Source of the DNA: a virus
Lineage: Duplodnaviria > Heunggongvirae > Uroviricota > Caudoviricetes
Length of the DNA: 64,000 nucleotides
Virus record (IMG/VR): IMGVR_UViG_3300029522_000074
Strand: one strand, 5' to 3'
How positions within the stretch are numbered: position 1 is the first letter of the stretch; every line of letters begins with the position of its first letter. Positions 28,055 to 37,237 of the stretch are shown here, piece by piece. The translations under genes and the position numbers were made by a program. Under the pieces are notes generated by a model. It made no database searches. It saw only the letters and a program-made list of their open reading frames with translations, and had not been told where the DNA came from.

Positions 28055-30112
28055 TTAAAACTTAATCTTCATTACACGCTCTGTTGCACCCTTAACCTTA
28101 ACAACTAAATCTGCTCTCTTTGTCATAGAGAATCCAATTCCTGAAAGCTGATCATCAGTATCTTCTACATGGCACTTAGCACCTAAAGCCTCAAATACTC
28201 TCTTGTGCTTTTCAAGTTCACTCTTCAAGAACTCATTGTAATAGCCATTAGGACTTTCGTTGTTCACACAATCCTTCAGGAAGAAGAATAAATGTCTATG
28301 ACCAATTCCATCCTGCTCGTCAAAATAGTTTGGACTATAACTGATTACTGATACAGGAACGAACTGATTTGTATTTACACCCCAAATCTCACGGCTTGAA
28401 ATAGAGGAATTTCCTGCTAATTTTTCCTTAATTGAGAAGTTTCCATTCTCATCGAGTGTTACTTCTGCAACCTGAACCTTTTCATCAGTTCTCATTGACT
28501 TATCGTAATCAAACTTGTAAATTTCTCCATTAAATTCAATCTCAGCTCTAAATCCATGCCTTACGCTTCCTGAATACTGATGTACAAAGAACTTATAAAC
28601 ACCTGGTTTCATTCTTGACAGGTCTTCCCAAGTAATATTCTCCACTGCAATCTTTCCATCTGGATTAATAATATCAACATCTAACTGACCGCCCATTATC
28701 GAAATTCTTGGTTTTCTACAATTACTAAAGAAGATTTCATTCTTATCTGGTTCAATACAATGTGCGTCAAGGTCGTAGTTATCATGACCATCTTCGTTCC
28801 ACTGAATAGAAAATCTAAGAACGCCATCAACATTACCGCCAGCCGCTTTGACATTCTGTTTCATATCTGAGTCTGTAATGTTTCCTGAATAAGCCCAAGA
28901 TAATCCATTGTTCCACTTAAACATTGTCTTAGCATCTGGATTAACTGGTGCAATCATAGATACAAAGTTCTTCTCATGCTTATTCTCTACAAATGCTTCA
29001 ATCTCCTTTGCAGTTGGAAGCACCTTATCAATAAAATCCTGTGCTGAAATCTCTTCAACCTTAGAGAATTTTTTAGGACTTACAGCAATATCCTTTTCCA
29101 TCTGACCAAAAATATCATCTGCACCAACCATTCTTCTTGCAGCACTCTTATTTGAGAACAGTACATTATTTACAGTAATATCATTCAGATTAGCAAATCT
29201 TCTCTGTAATGAATCCATATATCCAAGTTCTGTAATAGTCTTCTTTGCATCCTCAAGCATTTTCTTTGTAAAAATAGCCTTTGGTCTTTTATAGTTGCTC
29301 GGTGCTGTAATCTGCTCATACTTCTTAACTGCTGTGTCAAGATCCATATCCTCGCTTACATTAATAAGAAGTGTTCCAATAGAATGATTTCTAATTCTAC
29401 CGATAGCCATGCCTGATGTTACCGACTTCTCCCAAGCATATAAGTCCTTTTCAGTATCAGAAGTCAGCTTATCATATTCCTTCTTATACTTCTTGAACTC
29501 TGTGAGTACACCTTTCCACTCTTCACCCTTGTAAAGTGTATTTGAATTGATAAGTTCAAGAATTGTATCAAGTGCTTCCATAGTAATCTCATCAAGAGAA
29601 CGCTTAAATACATTTCTTGTGTCCCTGAACTGTCCCTTAACTTCCTCGTTTGAACGACTACTTCTATTTACGAACTTGCTTGGAAGCTCTAAGAATAAAT
29701 GATCCCACTGATGAGACTTTCCATTAATTTCCTCAAAGTTAAAATCTGTACCAATCTTAGGGAACTTGGTTGTATAAATATCTGTAACTGTATGAGCTTT
29801 TACAAAAGTATCAAGTGCATCACATACTGACTGATATGTTGTATCACCAAGATTCAGTTCCCAGATTGTGTGGATCTGATTATCCTTGATAGTGACAGCA
29901 GAACCAATATTCTTAATAAACTGTCTACAACAACTGCAATCATGCTCTCTACGTTCCCTGAAAATCTCATTTGTACCGGCAGGGAAGCTATCAAGATATG
30001 TATTCCATAATTCGTCCTTATCTACATTTACCTCAAATAAATGTGTTGCCTCTTTCTGCATTTCATCGAAGTGCTTCTGTAAAGCCTTCTTAAACATCAT
30101 AAATCCATCCAT
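28055..30112 (-). CDS. large hypothetical protein (685 aa)
   Basis: Longest ORF in the window; no recognisable catalytic motif by eye; strong codon continuity. Confidence 0.5.
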   Translation of the reverse strand: MDGFMMFKKALQKHFDEMQKEATHLFEVNVDKDELWNTYLDSFPAGTNEIFRERREHDCSCCRQFIKNIGSAVTIKDNQIHTIWELNLGDTTYQSVCDALDTFVKAHTVTDIYTTKFPKIGTDFNFEEINGKSHQWDHLFLELPSKFVNRSSRSNEEVKGQFRDTRNVFKRSLDEITMEALDTILELINSNTLYKGEEWKGVLTEFKKYKKEYDKLTSDTEKDLYAWEKSVTSGMAIGRIRNHSIGTLLINVSEDMDLDTAVKKYEQITAPSNYKRPKAIFTKKMLEDAKKTITELGYMDSLQRRFANLNDITVNNVLFSNKSAARRMVGADDIFGQMEKDIAVSPKKFSKVEEISAQDFIDKVLPTAKEIEAFVENKHEKNFVSMIAPVNPDAKTMFKWNNGLSWAYSGNITDSDMKQNVKAAGGNVDGVLRFSIQWNEDGHDNYDLDAHCIEPDKNEIFFSNCRKPRISIMGGQLDVDIINPDGKIAVENITWEDLSRMKPGVYKFFVHQYSGSVRHGFRAEIEFNGEIYKFDYDKSMRTDEKVQVAEVTLDENGNFSIKEKLAGNSSISSREIWGVNTNQFVPVSVISYSPNYFDEQDGIGHRHLFFFLKDCVNNESPNGYYNEFLKSELEKHKRVFEALGAKCHVEDTDDQLSGIGFSMTKRADLVVKVKGATERVMKIKF

Positions 30113-30212
30113 GTTTTGTACCTCTTCTTTCTTATATTTATTTTTTATTAATTACTTCTATTGTTATATTCTCCGTTTATAATCTAAAGGAAACGAAGTT
30201 TTACTGAGGAAT

Positions 30213-30587
30213 TTAATTTTCGTCCTCATCAAAATCCCATGCATCATATAATTTTTCTCCGTTACCCCACCAACTAGGTTTGTCAGAACCCCATTCAGTT
30301 TCATTATTAGTCCAACATTCAATTTCTTCACCATCTACATCTACAATTGGTGTAGCCCAATTTGAACAACCATAGACATATCCGTTATAATACTTGCCTT
30401 TTGCATAAATAAGACCACTCGTATTATTCCAATCTTCCATAAGTCCAGCGTAAATTATTGAATTAGGATGACTTTCTACAACCTCTTTAACTTTGTTCCA
30501 ATCCATAAATTTCATTGCACCAATAGGTTTTGTTGCTACTACACTTGCTCCCAAAAATCCCATTGCAAAATCTGTATAGCCTTTCAT
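30213..30587 (-). CDS. hypothetical protein
   Basis: 124 aa, Trp-rich. Confidence 0.4.
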   Translation of the reverse strand: MKGYTDFAMGFLGASVVATKPIGAMKFMDWNKVKEVVESHPNSIIYAGLMEDWNNTSGLIYAKGKYYNGYVYGCSNWATPIVDVDGEEIECWTNNETEWGSDKPSWWGNGEKLYDAWDFDEDEN

Positions 30588-31013
30588 GTAAATCTCCTTT
30601 CTAATTTACCAAAAAATTCCATTTACCGTCTTATCAATAGCTTCCCTCATTACACCACCAGTCATTTTATTCATTGTATCTGCAACAAGACCTTTAAATT
30701 CTGCTCTTATTCGCCTATTATGACGAGTACATGTTTTTGAACAATAATTATTCCTTCTACATTTTTCACAGTTGCCATTCAATTTCCACTGTTCATTTTC
30801 CTGAATCTGTTCCATAACTTAGCCTCCTCTTCTATCTAAAATCTTCTGAATAGTTTTCTTATCTTTATCAGATAAACTATCCCAATCCAACTTAAAACTT
30901 TCACAATTTTTATGCTGATTCCAACCATCATCACAATCATAAGAATAACGATACGCACAATAATCACATGCCATTTATATTCACCTCTCTTCTAAAGAAA
31001 TCGAACATTCTTC

Positions 31014-31307
31014 CTACCACAAATCTTCAGATATCATCTGTTTACCAAACATACTTTTATTCTCTCGTTCATCAATAATCTTCTCACATATCTGACCACA
31101 CATTTTTGCATGTTCGTATGCTTCTTCTCTTGTAAGAAAATTGTTCTTATGATCAATAAAACCTTGTTCAATTTCCTGATATCCTTTTCTTGGTTCAAAT
31201 CCTAGCTGCTCCAATTGAACGAATACATCACCATGTCTTGCACCACATAAAACAACATCTGAATCAGTTTTATCTATGTGATATTTAATAGCTGCTGCTA
31301 AAATCAT
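31014..31307 (-). CDS. hypothetical protein
   Basis: 97 aa with ILAAAIKY...VVLCGARHGDVF N-terminal motif that looks nucleotide-binding but is unassigned. Confidence 0.4.
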   Translation of the reverse strand: MILAAAIKYHIDKTDSDVVLCGARHGDVFVQLEQLGFEPRKGYQEIEQGFIDHKNNFLTREEAYEHAKMCGQICEKIIDERENKSMFGKQMISEDLW

Positions 31308-31362
31308 TTAAGTACCTCCATTTGAATCTAAAACCATTATTTCTCCTTTCTTTAATATTTAA

Positions 31363-31435
31363 TGTGCCATAAGGGACTTGAACCCTCAACATCTTGATTA
31401 AAAGTCAAGTGCTCTACCTATTGAGCTAATGGCAC
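31363..31435 (-). tRNA. tRNA-Lys (anticodon UUU)
   Basis: Manual cloverleaf: acceptor GTGCCAT/ATGGCAC, D-arm GCTC-AATAGGTA-GAGC, anticodon arm CTTGA-CTTTTAA-TCAAG, T-arm GAGGG-TTCAAGT-CCCTT, discriminator A. Confidence 0.8.
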
Positions 31436-31439
31436 ACAG

Positions 31440-31512
31440 CTAGGATGGTGGGATTCGAACCCACGAATGTCAGAATCAAAATCTGATGTGTTGACCGCTT
31501 CACCACATCCCA
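31440..31512 (-). tRNA. tRNA-Gln (anticodon UUG)
   Basis: Manual cloverleaf: U1-A72 acceptor TGGGATG/CATCCTA (one G-U), anticodon arm TCAGA-TTTTGAT-TCTGA, T-arm GTGGG-TTCGAAT-CCCAC. Confidence 0.75.
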
Positions 31513-31550
31513 TTAGCAAGGCGTAGAATTAACTACGCCCTTATTATTAA

Positions 31551-32420
31551 TTACTTGTCTGTTACAACTGTATTGTTAGTTCCAGAAATAGTAACCCAAC
31601 CAAATTTATTTCTTGCTTCGGCTTCCTTCATTCTTATAAGCTCATCTGTAATAGAAGAACTTAACTTATTATTCGCCTCTGCCTGTGCTTTGGCTTCGAT
31701 TAACTGTGCATCAGCCTTTGCTTGTGCTTCTGCCTTAGTTACTTCTGCATCAGCCTTTGCCTTATTAATAGCTGTCTGATTATTAATTTCCTGAGTTTCG
31801 GCTGCCTGCTGTGCTGTAATCTTTGCATTAATAGCTTCCATCGTATTTTCATCTACAGTAATATTAATAAGAGATACATTTGTAATATTAATTCCATATG
31901 TAGAAAATCTTTTATTAAGATAATCTGTTAATGCTGCATTAACATTTGCTCTTTCAGAACCGAGAATATCAGATACTTTATACTGCGCCACGACTTCTTT
32001 TGTCCAAGAAATGATATTAGGCTTAATAAAACTATCTCTTACTTCCTTACCAGATTGTCCTCTAAACCTTGTAAATAAATCAGCGACCTTTTCAGTGTTG
32101 TACTGATATGTAAATGTTAAATCTAATGTCATAGCCTTACCTTCAGATGAACTAGCTGAAAAACTATCATCATCTTTAGAGTCTCCGTCCTTACCTGCTG
32201 TAAGATATGACTGTTCTAAGCTTACAGAATATAATGTAGTCTTTACTGTGGGTGACTTGAAATGCCATCCCTGTGTTAATACGTCACCTTTGATTCCACC
32301 CGACATACTGTACTGGATTGCAACATATCCCGCTGGAACACGAACTGTTGACTTAAATAAAATTATTGCTAAAAATAGTATCACTATGGCAGATACAACG
32401 CCACCTACAACTTTCTTCAT
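31551..32420 (-). CDS. SPFH (band 7 / stomatin-prohibitin) domain membrane protein
   Basis: N-terminal TM, VPAGYVAIQYSMSGGIKGDVLTQGWHFKSP SPFH start, Ala/Gln-rich coiled-coil C-terminal region; followed by an unlisted ~50-aa TM peptide ORF at about 32420-32578. Confidence 0.7.
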   Translation of the reverse strand: MKKVVGGVVSAIVILFLAIILFKSTVRVPAGYVAIQYSMSGGIKGDVLTQGWHFKSPTVKTTLYSVSLEQSYLTAGKDGDSKDDDSFSASSSEGKAMTLDLTFTYQYNTEKVADLFTRFRGQSGKEVRDSFIKPNIISWTKEVVAQYKVSDILGSERANVNAALTDYLNKRFSTYGINITNVSLINITVDENTMEAINAKITAQQAAETQEINNQTAINKAKADAEVTKAEAQAKADAQLIEAKAQAEANNKLSSSITDELIRMKEAEARNKFGWVTISGTNNTVVTDK

Positions 32421-32948
32421 TGTTGTTTTGTCTCCTTTTCTTCTTCGTTATTTATTTCATCTGTTACAAGATCTTTTATTTTATTAATAGTAGAATTCCC
32501 TATTTTTTGAAAAAATCTTGACAGTAGAAACCATATAATCATTAATCCAACTGCAATTAATATAAAAAATACTTCCATTTAATTATTCTCCTTTTTACTT
32601 ATCATTCCATTCCATTTCCAATAGCTCATCATATGTAGCAGCATTATCAGACAGACTCTTTTCTTTCTCTTCCAATAACTTAATACACATCTCAACAAGC
32701 TTCGGTTTAGAATAATTCTGTAATTGTTCTCTTAATTCTTCTTTGTTCATATCGACACCTCGTCTTAATATTATCTATATCACTTATAAGAACATCTCCA
32801 CCCTTAATTACCCACATACACTGATAATCTTTCTCAGCACAGAGCTTGGTAAAATCAGCATATGATTGATACTTATCTGGCTTTGCCATAGCTCTATAAC
32901 ATTGTTTTCTATTCTGACAACTTTGGCTTGTACACATTGTTATATCCA

Positions 32949-34385
32949 TTAAGCAGCTCCTCCATTTGCATTGACGAAATTATCAAAACTTCTCTTCATA
33001 TATTTGAAATTGACTTCCTGCGAAGGACTGAGATTCTGCCACTTTCTTGACTGACAATTTTCAATCCATTTTCCTAATTCAACATCTCTATCGCATTTGT
33101 AAGCATAAGCAGTTAAAGCCATTAATGCTATAGAACACTGCTTGTATAATTCAGAATCAATGTTTACATATGAATCCATAAAATCCTGATATTCTTCAAT
33201 ATCTTCATTTGATACATCTTTTGAAACATTATTCTGAATAAATTCAAGCGTTGAATCTGATTCACACGACTTTGTATCAGACTCATTTATATTATTCTCT
33301 GTTTCTGAATTAGTTTCTTCTGTAATATGTAAATATTCCTTCATAAGCTGTTCGAGCATGTTAAGTTTTGCCTTAACAACTTTCTTATCTTTAGTTCCCT
33401 TACCATCATCATAAGTATCGAAACTCTTATTCTCATATTCTACAAATGTCTTGCTATGTAATGTTTTCTGAAACTCTTCAAGAAAATCAATAAATTTAAT
33501 ATCTTCAATTCCAAACTGTGTAAATGTATGAAAAGCAGCGAACCATATAAATGAATTTTTTGAATTAAACAATTTACCTACTGTGTCTTGATCAGTAATC
33601 TCATACAACCTATTGAGTTCATTCTCAAATACCTCAAATTCATCTTTCGTTGCATTTTCATTAAGATACAAACTCATTTGTTTTGATTTCTTCCAGTTAT
33701 CAAGATGAAACATAGTCATAATAGATTCACACACAATTCTGTTAAATACTTCCTTTGTATCTTCTTTTGGATTATAATTTCCACAATCCATAAAGAAACG
33801 ATTGCTGACGAGTTTTTTTATCTCAGGTGCTATCTTCCAAGCAACCAAAATATTTTTCTGATTTACATTCATACTTGTCTGTCTGTTATATCTTGCAATA
33901 TGATAGGCTATTTCTTCATCTGTACAATCAAGATGTTTGACTATATCAACAGCATAACTATCGAATTTTTCCTTTAATTCATCTGGTAAATCTTTGTATT
34001 TTTTACCTCTAAGATCATATTTAATAACTCCAACTTTTCCATTCTCATCAACTCCTTGATAGTACATAATTGGCATTTCAAGACTCTTCTTAATTTCAAA
34101 AGCATTATTCTTAAATGATTCAAGAACAGTTAATCTCTGCAATCCATCAATAAGCCAAAGAATGAACTCTGTCGAGCTTACAATCTGCTCACATATTTTA
34201 ATGGAATCAATATCCTCTCCTTTGATTATAGTGGCAGCAAGTCCTGACTTTGCCTCATCTGACCATTGATCAGGCTTTCTCTGCAAAGGATGATTCTTAT
34301 TAATCTGACCTCTTTTAAACTGATTAAGTAATGTTCCTAACATCATCTGATCTTTTTTAACTTTGTCTCTTCCCACCATTGTCAT
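32949..34385 (-). CDS. DUF262 (ParB/Srx-like, GmrSD N-terminal-type) domain protein
   Basis: Signature LIDGLQRLTVL (DGQQR motif) and upstream KGEDIDSIKI block; 478 aa. Confidence 0.6.
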   Translation of the reverse strand: MTMVGRDKVKKDQMMLGTLLNQFKRGQINKNHPLQRKPDQWSDEAKSGLAATIIKGEDIDSIKICEQIVSSTEFILWLIDGLQRLTVLESFKNNAFEIKKSLEMPIMYYQGVDENGKVGVIKYDLRGKKYKDLPDELKEKFDSYAVDIVKHLDCTDEEIAYHIARYNRQTSMNVNQKNILVAWKIAPEIKKLVSNRFFMDCGNYNPKEDTKEVFNRIVCESIMTMFHLDNWKKSKQMSLYLNENATKDEFEVFENELNRLYEITDQDTVGKLFNSKNSFIWFAAFHTFTQFGIEDIKFIDFLEEFQKTLHSKTFVEYENKSFDTYDDGKGTKDKKVVKAKLNMLEQLMKEYLHITEETNSETENNINESDTKSCESDSTLEFIQNNVSKDVSNEDIEEYQDFMDSYVNIDSELYKQCSIALMALTAYAYKCDRDVELGKWIENCQSRKWQNLSPSQEVNFKYMKRSFDNFVNANGGAA

Positions 34386-34402
34386 AACTTGTTTCCTCCT
34401 AA

Positions 34403-35044
34403 TTAAAATAATAATGATATGTATTCATATTTTCTTAACCCTGATAAACAATCATTGTATTCATTTGCAGTTATATGTAATATTTTCAATATCTCATCTT
34501 TTGTATATTGTTGAGATAATAACCTCGCTACCCTTTCCTGTTTTCGTGGTAATTGCTGTAAATATAACTCAACCTTGTCAGTATATTCTTCTGTGAATAT
34601 TTCTCTTTCTACATTCTCTCTTGAAGGTAAATTCTCTTTAATACTTTTCACCTCATCTGTATTAACATCCAATGAGACATTCATAATAATTTGAGGATTA
34701 CCCTTTTCATCAAGAATTAGTTTTCCATTTTCGTCCCTTAAGAGATTCTGACGCTTTAACCTATATTTGTTGTCTCTCATCCATGTGCTTGTCTTTCTTG
34801 CAATATTACCCGTCAGAAAAGTTTCAAAACGAGATTTATTTTGATCAAATGAGACTACTGCTTCCATAAGACAATCCATTGCCACCTCATATAAATCATC
34901 GTATTCACTAACTTCAACTTTTCCATGCCAAATCTTATGACATATTCTTTTTAATTTTTTGTTTTCGTTGTCTGAATAATCATTAATAATTTTCATCATT
35001 TCAGGATTATTGTTAATAACCCTCATCATCTCTTCATTAATCAT
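34403..35044 (-). CDS. sigma-70 family RNA polymerase sigma factor (phage-encoded)
   Basis: Region 2-like FETFLTGNIARKTSTWMRDNKY and C-terminal region 4-like HTH LSQQYTKDEILKILHITANEYNDCLSGL. Confidence 0.6.
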   Translation of the reverse strand: MINEEMMRVINNNPEMMKIINDYSDNENKKLKRICHKIWHGKVEVSEYDDLYEVAMDCLMEAVVSFDQNKSRFETFLTGNIARKTSTWMRDNKYRLKRQNLLRDENGKLILDEKGNPQIIMNVSLDVNTDEVKSIKENLPSRENVEREIFTEEYTDKVELYLQQLPRKQERVARLLSQQYTKDEILKILHITANEYNDCLSGLRKYEYISLLF

Positions 35045-35239
35045 TTCTTCTACCCGCCTTTTGAATTTCTTTATTCATATATTCCCCGAAAGACAATTCA
35101 GAATTCATAATTTTAATATGCTTAGTTTCTCTTTTACATTTTGGACACTTACAATATCTATTATGTCGATTTCTTTCTCCTGGTTGAAAACTCATAGTCT
35201 CTACCATAGGAATTAAACAGTTTCTACATATCACCATAA

Positions 35240-35908
35240 TTAATCCTCCAATATATCATTAGCCATTTTCCAATATTCCGTTCTTCCTTTGTAATCATCG
35301 CTAGTGACTTTACTAAGTTCTAATTTTATCTTCTCGATGTTGTATCCTTTGACTATCGCATCTTGCATAACCTGAACGTACCTTATACATTGCTTTATTC
35401 GTTTATGCTTATCTCGTATATCATCAAGTAAATATCCTATCTTTGCTACCTTATGAGCTTGTGGTTTCTTACCATTATGTATTTTCTTATATTTTTCTAA
35501 TGCATGATTAATATCACTCTCAGCACTATCACACTTTGACAACTCCGTATTTAATAAATTTTTATATGTTATAAGTTGATTGTCGTCCCAACCCACTAAT
35601 CCCAAAATGGAATTAGCTTCTGATTCAATCTTGTCTAATAAGGCATAATCAAAATTATTTTTATCTCCTATATAGATATCTGCATTTCCTCTATAATAAA
35701 GAGATTTATCAGACTTCTGCCCCGTATCCACATCAATAAGATTATATTTCTTAATCCATGAATACTTCTTTCTGCTGTTCTGTACTAATGACCTCGCTTG
35801 TTTGTAAGTAAACTCCTTTGCCATAGAACTCGAAGTCGTTATCATATACTCACCTGACTTCATAGGATTCTCCATAACATAATTTTTTCCATCTGTTAGA
35901 ATAAACAA
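35240..35908 (-). CDS. hypothetical protein
   Basis: 222 aa ORF. Confidence 0.4.
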   Translation of the reverse strand: MFILTDGKNYVMENPMKSGEYMITTSSSMAKEFTYKQARSLVQNSRKKYSWIKKYNLIDVDTGQKSDKSLYYRGNADIYIGDKNNFDYALLDKIESEANSILGLVGWDDNQLITYKNLLNTELSKCDSAESDINHALEKYKKIHNGKKPQAHKVAKIGYLLDDIRDKHKRIKQCIRYVQVMQDAIVKGYNIEKIKLELSKVTSDDYKGRTEYWKMANDILED

Positions 35909-36019
35909 AAAACATCACTCCTCTCTGATTTTTGACGCACTTTAATAAGCCTTGGGTATACCAAAGAAAAATTAAAATGCTATTAAATTGTTAAAATTTG
36001 GAAAAATTCTGCGAATGCA

Positions 36020-36048
36020 TTGATTTTTATATAATTGATATGTATAAT
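36020..36048 (+). promoter_or_regulatory. sigma-70-type promoter, TTGATT -35, 17-bp spacer, TATAAT -10, plus strand
   Basis: Seen directly at 36020-36025 and 36043-36048; near-consensus elements. Confidence 0.5.
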
Positions 36049-36054
36049 TTAAAT

Positions 36055-36143
36055 GCGTACTAGTCTTTTTCCCCCAAGAAATAGATTTTGTATGTTGCTT
36101 GACTAGAAAGTTGGTAGCTGGCTAGTCAAGCATTTTTTATTTT
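36055..36143 (+). ncRNA. candidate ~90-nt small RNA transcribed antisense to the dominant minus-strand orientation
   Basis: Bounded by the consensus promoter and by the intrinsic terminator GCTTGACTAG-15 nt loop-CTAGTCAAGC + ATTTTTTATTTT (36097-36143); only a 17-aa ORF inside. Confidence 0.4.
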
Positions 36144-36209
36144 CTTTTCCATTATATTACTCCGAACATGTGTTTGTGTCAATATAAATTCGAACAAAAA
36201 TTCGAGAAA

Positions 36210-36506
36210 TTATCTTAGCAAAATATCATGCATAATTCCCTTCTTAATAATATTTTTTATGTCCTGTTCGACATTAAATAGTTGCATATGAGGAATGTAC
36301 TCATCCTCATTCACAATTATTGTTTTTGATTTTCTAACTAATAAGCACCCATCATCAGGTGTTGCAATTTTCTTTGAAGAAGTATTATTATCAAAATCCA
36401 TTGTAAGTATTACTACATTCTTAGGATTTTTCCCTTCAGCTTTCAGCTTTTGTAATCTTTCAATTGCTTCGTCAATTGAGGTATAATCATATGTTTCTGT
36501 CTTCAT
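36210..36506 (-). CDS. hypothetical protein co-transcribed downstream of mazF (candidate cognate inhibitor)
   Basis: 98 aa ORF starting 19 nt after the mazF stop. Confidence 0.4.
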   Translation of the reverse strand: MKTETYDYTSIDEAIERLQKLKAEGKNPKNVVILTMDFDNNTSSKKIATPDDGCLLVRKSKTIIVNEDEYIPHMQLFNVEQDIKNIIKKGIMHDILLR

Positions 36507-36524
36507 GATATTCTCTCCTCTCCC

Positions 36525-36875
36525 TTATATCAAAGCCAAACTTATTTTCATCGCTTCCATAACCTTTAAACTATCTTCAGCAGATAATTCACCAATTTTA
36601 AATTGAATCCGATCTTTATCAATCGTTGTAATCTGCTCTAATGCCACAACAGAATCATATTTTAGTCCATTAAGCTCATCTTTATGTATTTCTACATGTG
36701 TTGGCAATTCTCTTTTAGACTTGGTTGTTATAATGGCAATTATAGTGGTAGGGCTAAACTTATTGCCAATATTGTTTTGCAATATCAGTACCGGTCTTTT
36801 ACCACTCTGTTCTGAGCCTTTAGAATCGTATTTAGTTATATCAGCGAAATATATTTCACCACGTTTAATTTCCAT
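36525..36875 (-). CDS. mazF: MazF/PemK-family endoribonuclease toxin (EndoA/NdoA-like)
   Basis: EIKRGEIYFADI...SEQSGKRPVLILQNNIGNKFSPTTIIAIITTK...PTHVEI...YDSVVALEQITTIDKDRI...ISLALI closely parallels Bacillus EndoA; own promoter TTGACA-17-TATTAT and RBS AGGAGGG. Confidence 0.8.
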   Translation of the reverse strand: MEIKRGEIYFADITKYDSKGSEQSGKRPVLILQNNIGNKFSPTTIIAIITTKSKRELPTHVEIHKDELNGLKYDSVVALEQITTIDKDRIQFKIGELSAEDSLKVMEAMKISLALI

Positions 36876-37001
36876 TATGTTAGCCCTCCTTTCTCTGTTT
36901 GTCCCTTTTGATATTTTATATAATACATCATATTATAATATATGTCAACATATATTATTGATTAATATATTATTTTTTACTATAATACAAATAAATAATA
37001 T

Positions 37002-37223
37002 ATGAAGAGGTGCTATATGTACAAGCTTAATGTAAAAAATCTTTTAGATGCAAAAGGTAAAACACAATATTGGCTTTCTAAACAAACAGGGATATCCGCA
37101 AATAATGTAAGCAAAATCTATAATGGAGAAACAATCAATATTAGACTTGATACAATTAATAAATTGTGTGAAGCATTAGAATGTACACCATGCGAATTAT
37201 TTATTAAGGACGATACAAAATAA
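37002..37223 (+). CDS. XRE-family helix-turn-helix transcriptional regulator
   Basis: HTH QYWLSKQTGISANNVSKIYNGE; promoter TTGATT-17-TATAAT and RBS GAAGAGGTG; start may be the Met at 37017; divergent from mazF. Confidence 0.75.
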   Translation: MKRCYMYKLNVKNLLDAKGKTQYWLSKQTGISANNVSKIYNGETINIRLDTINKLCEALECTPCELFIKDDTK

Positions 37224-37237
37224 CTTTGTATCATCCT

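Noticed and set aside
36053-36106. 17-codon ORF (MRTSLFPPRNRFCMLLD) inside the candidate sRNA
   Set aside because: There is no RBS, it would be leaderless from the predicted start site, and it ends inside the terminator stem. A non-coding RNA is the more economical reading, though a leaderless micropeptide cannot be excluded.
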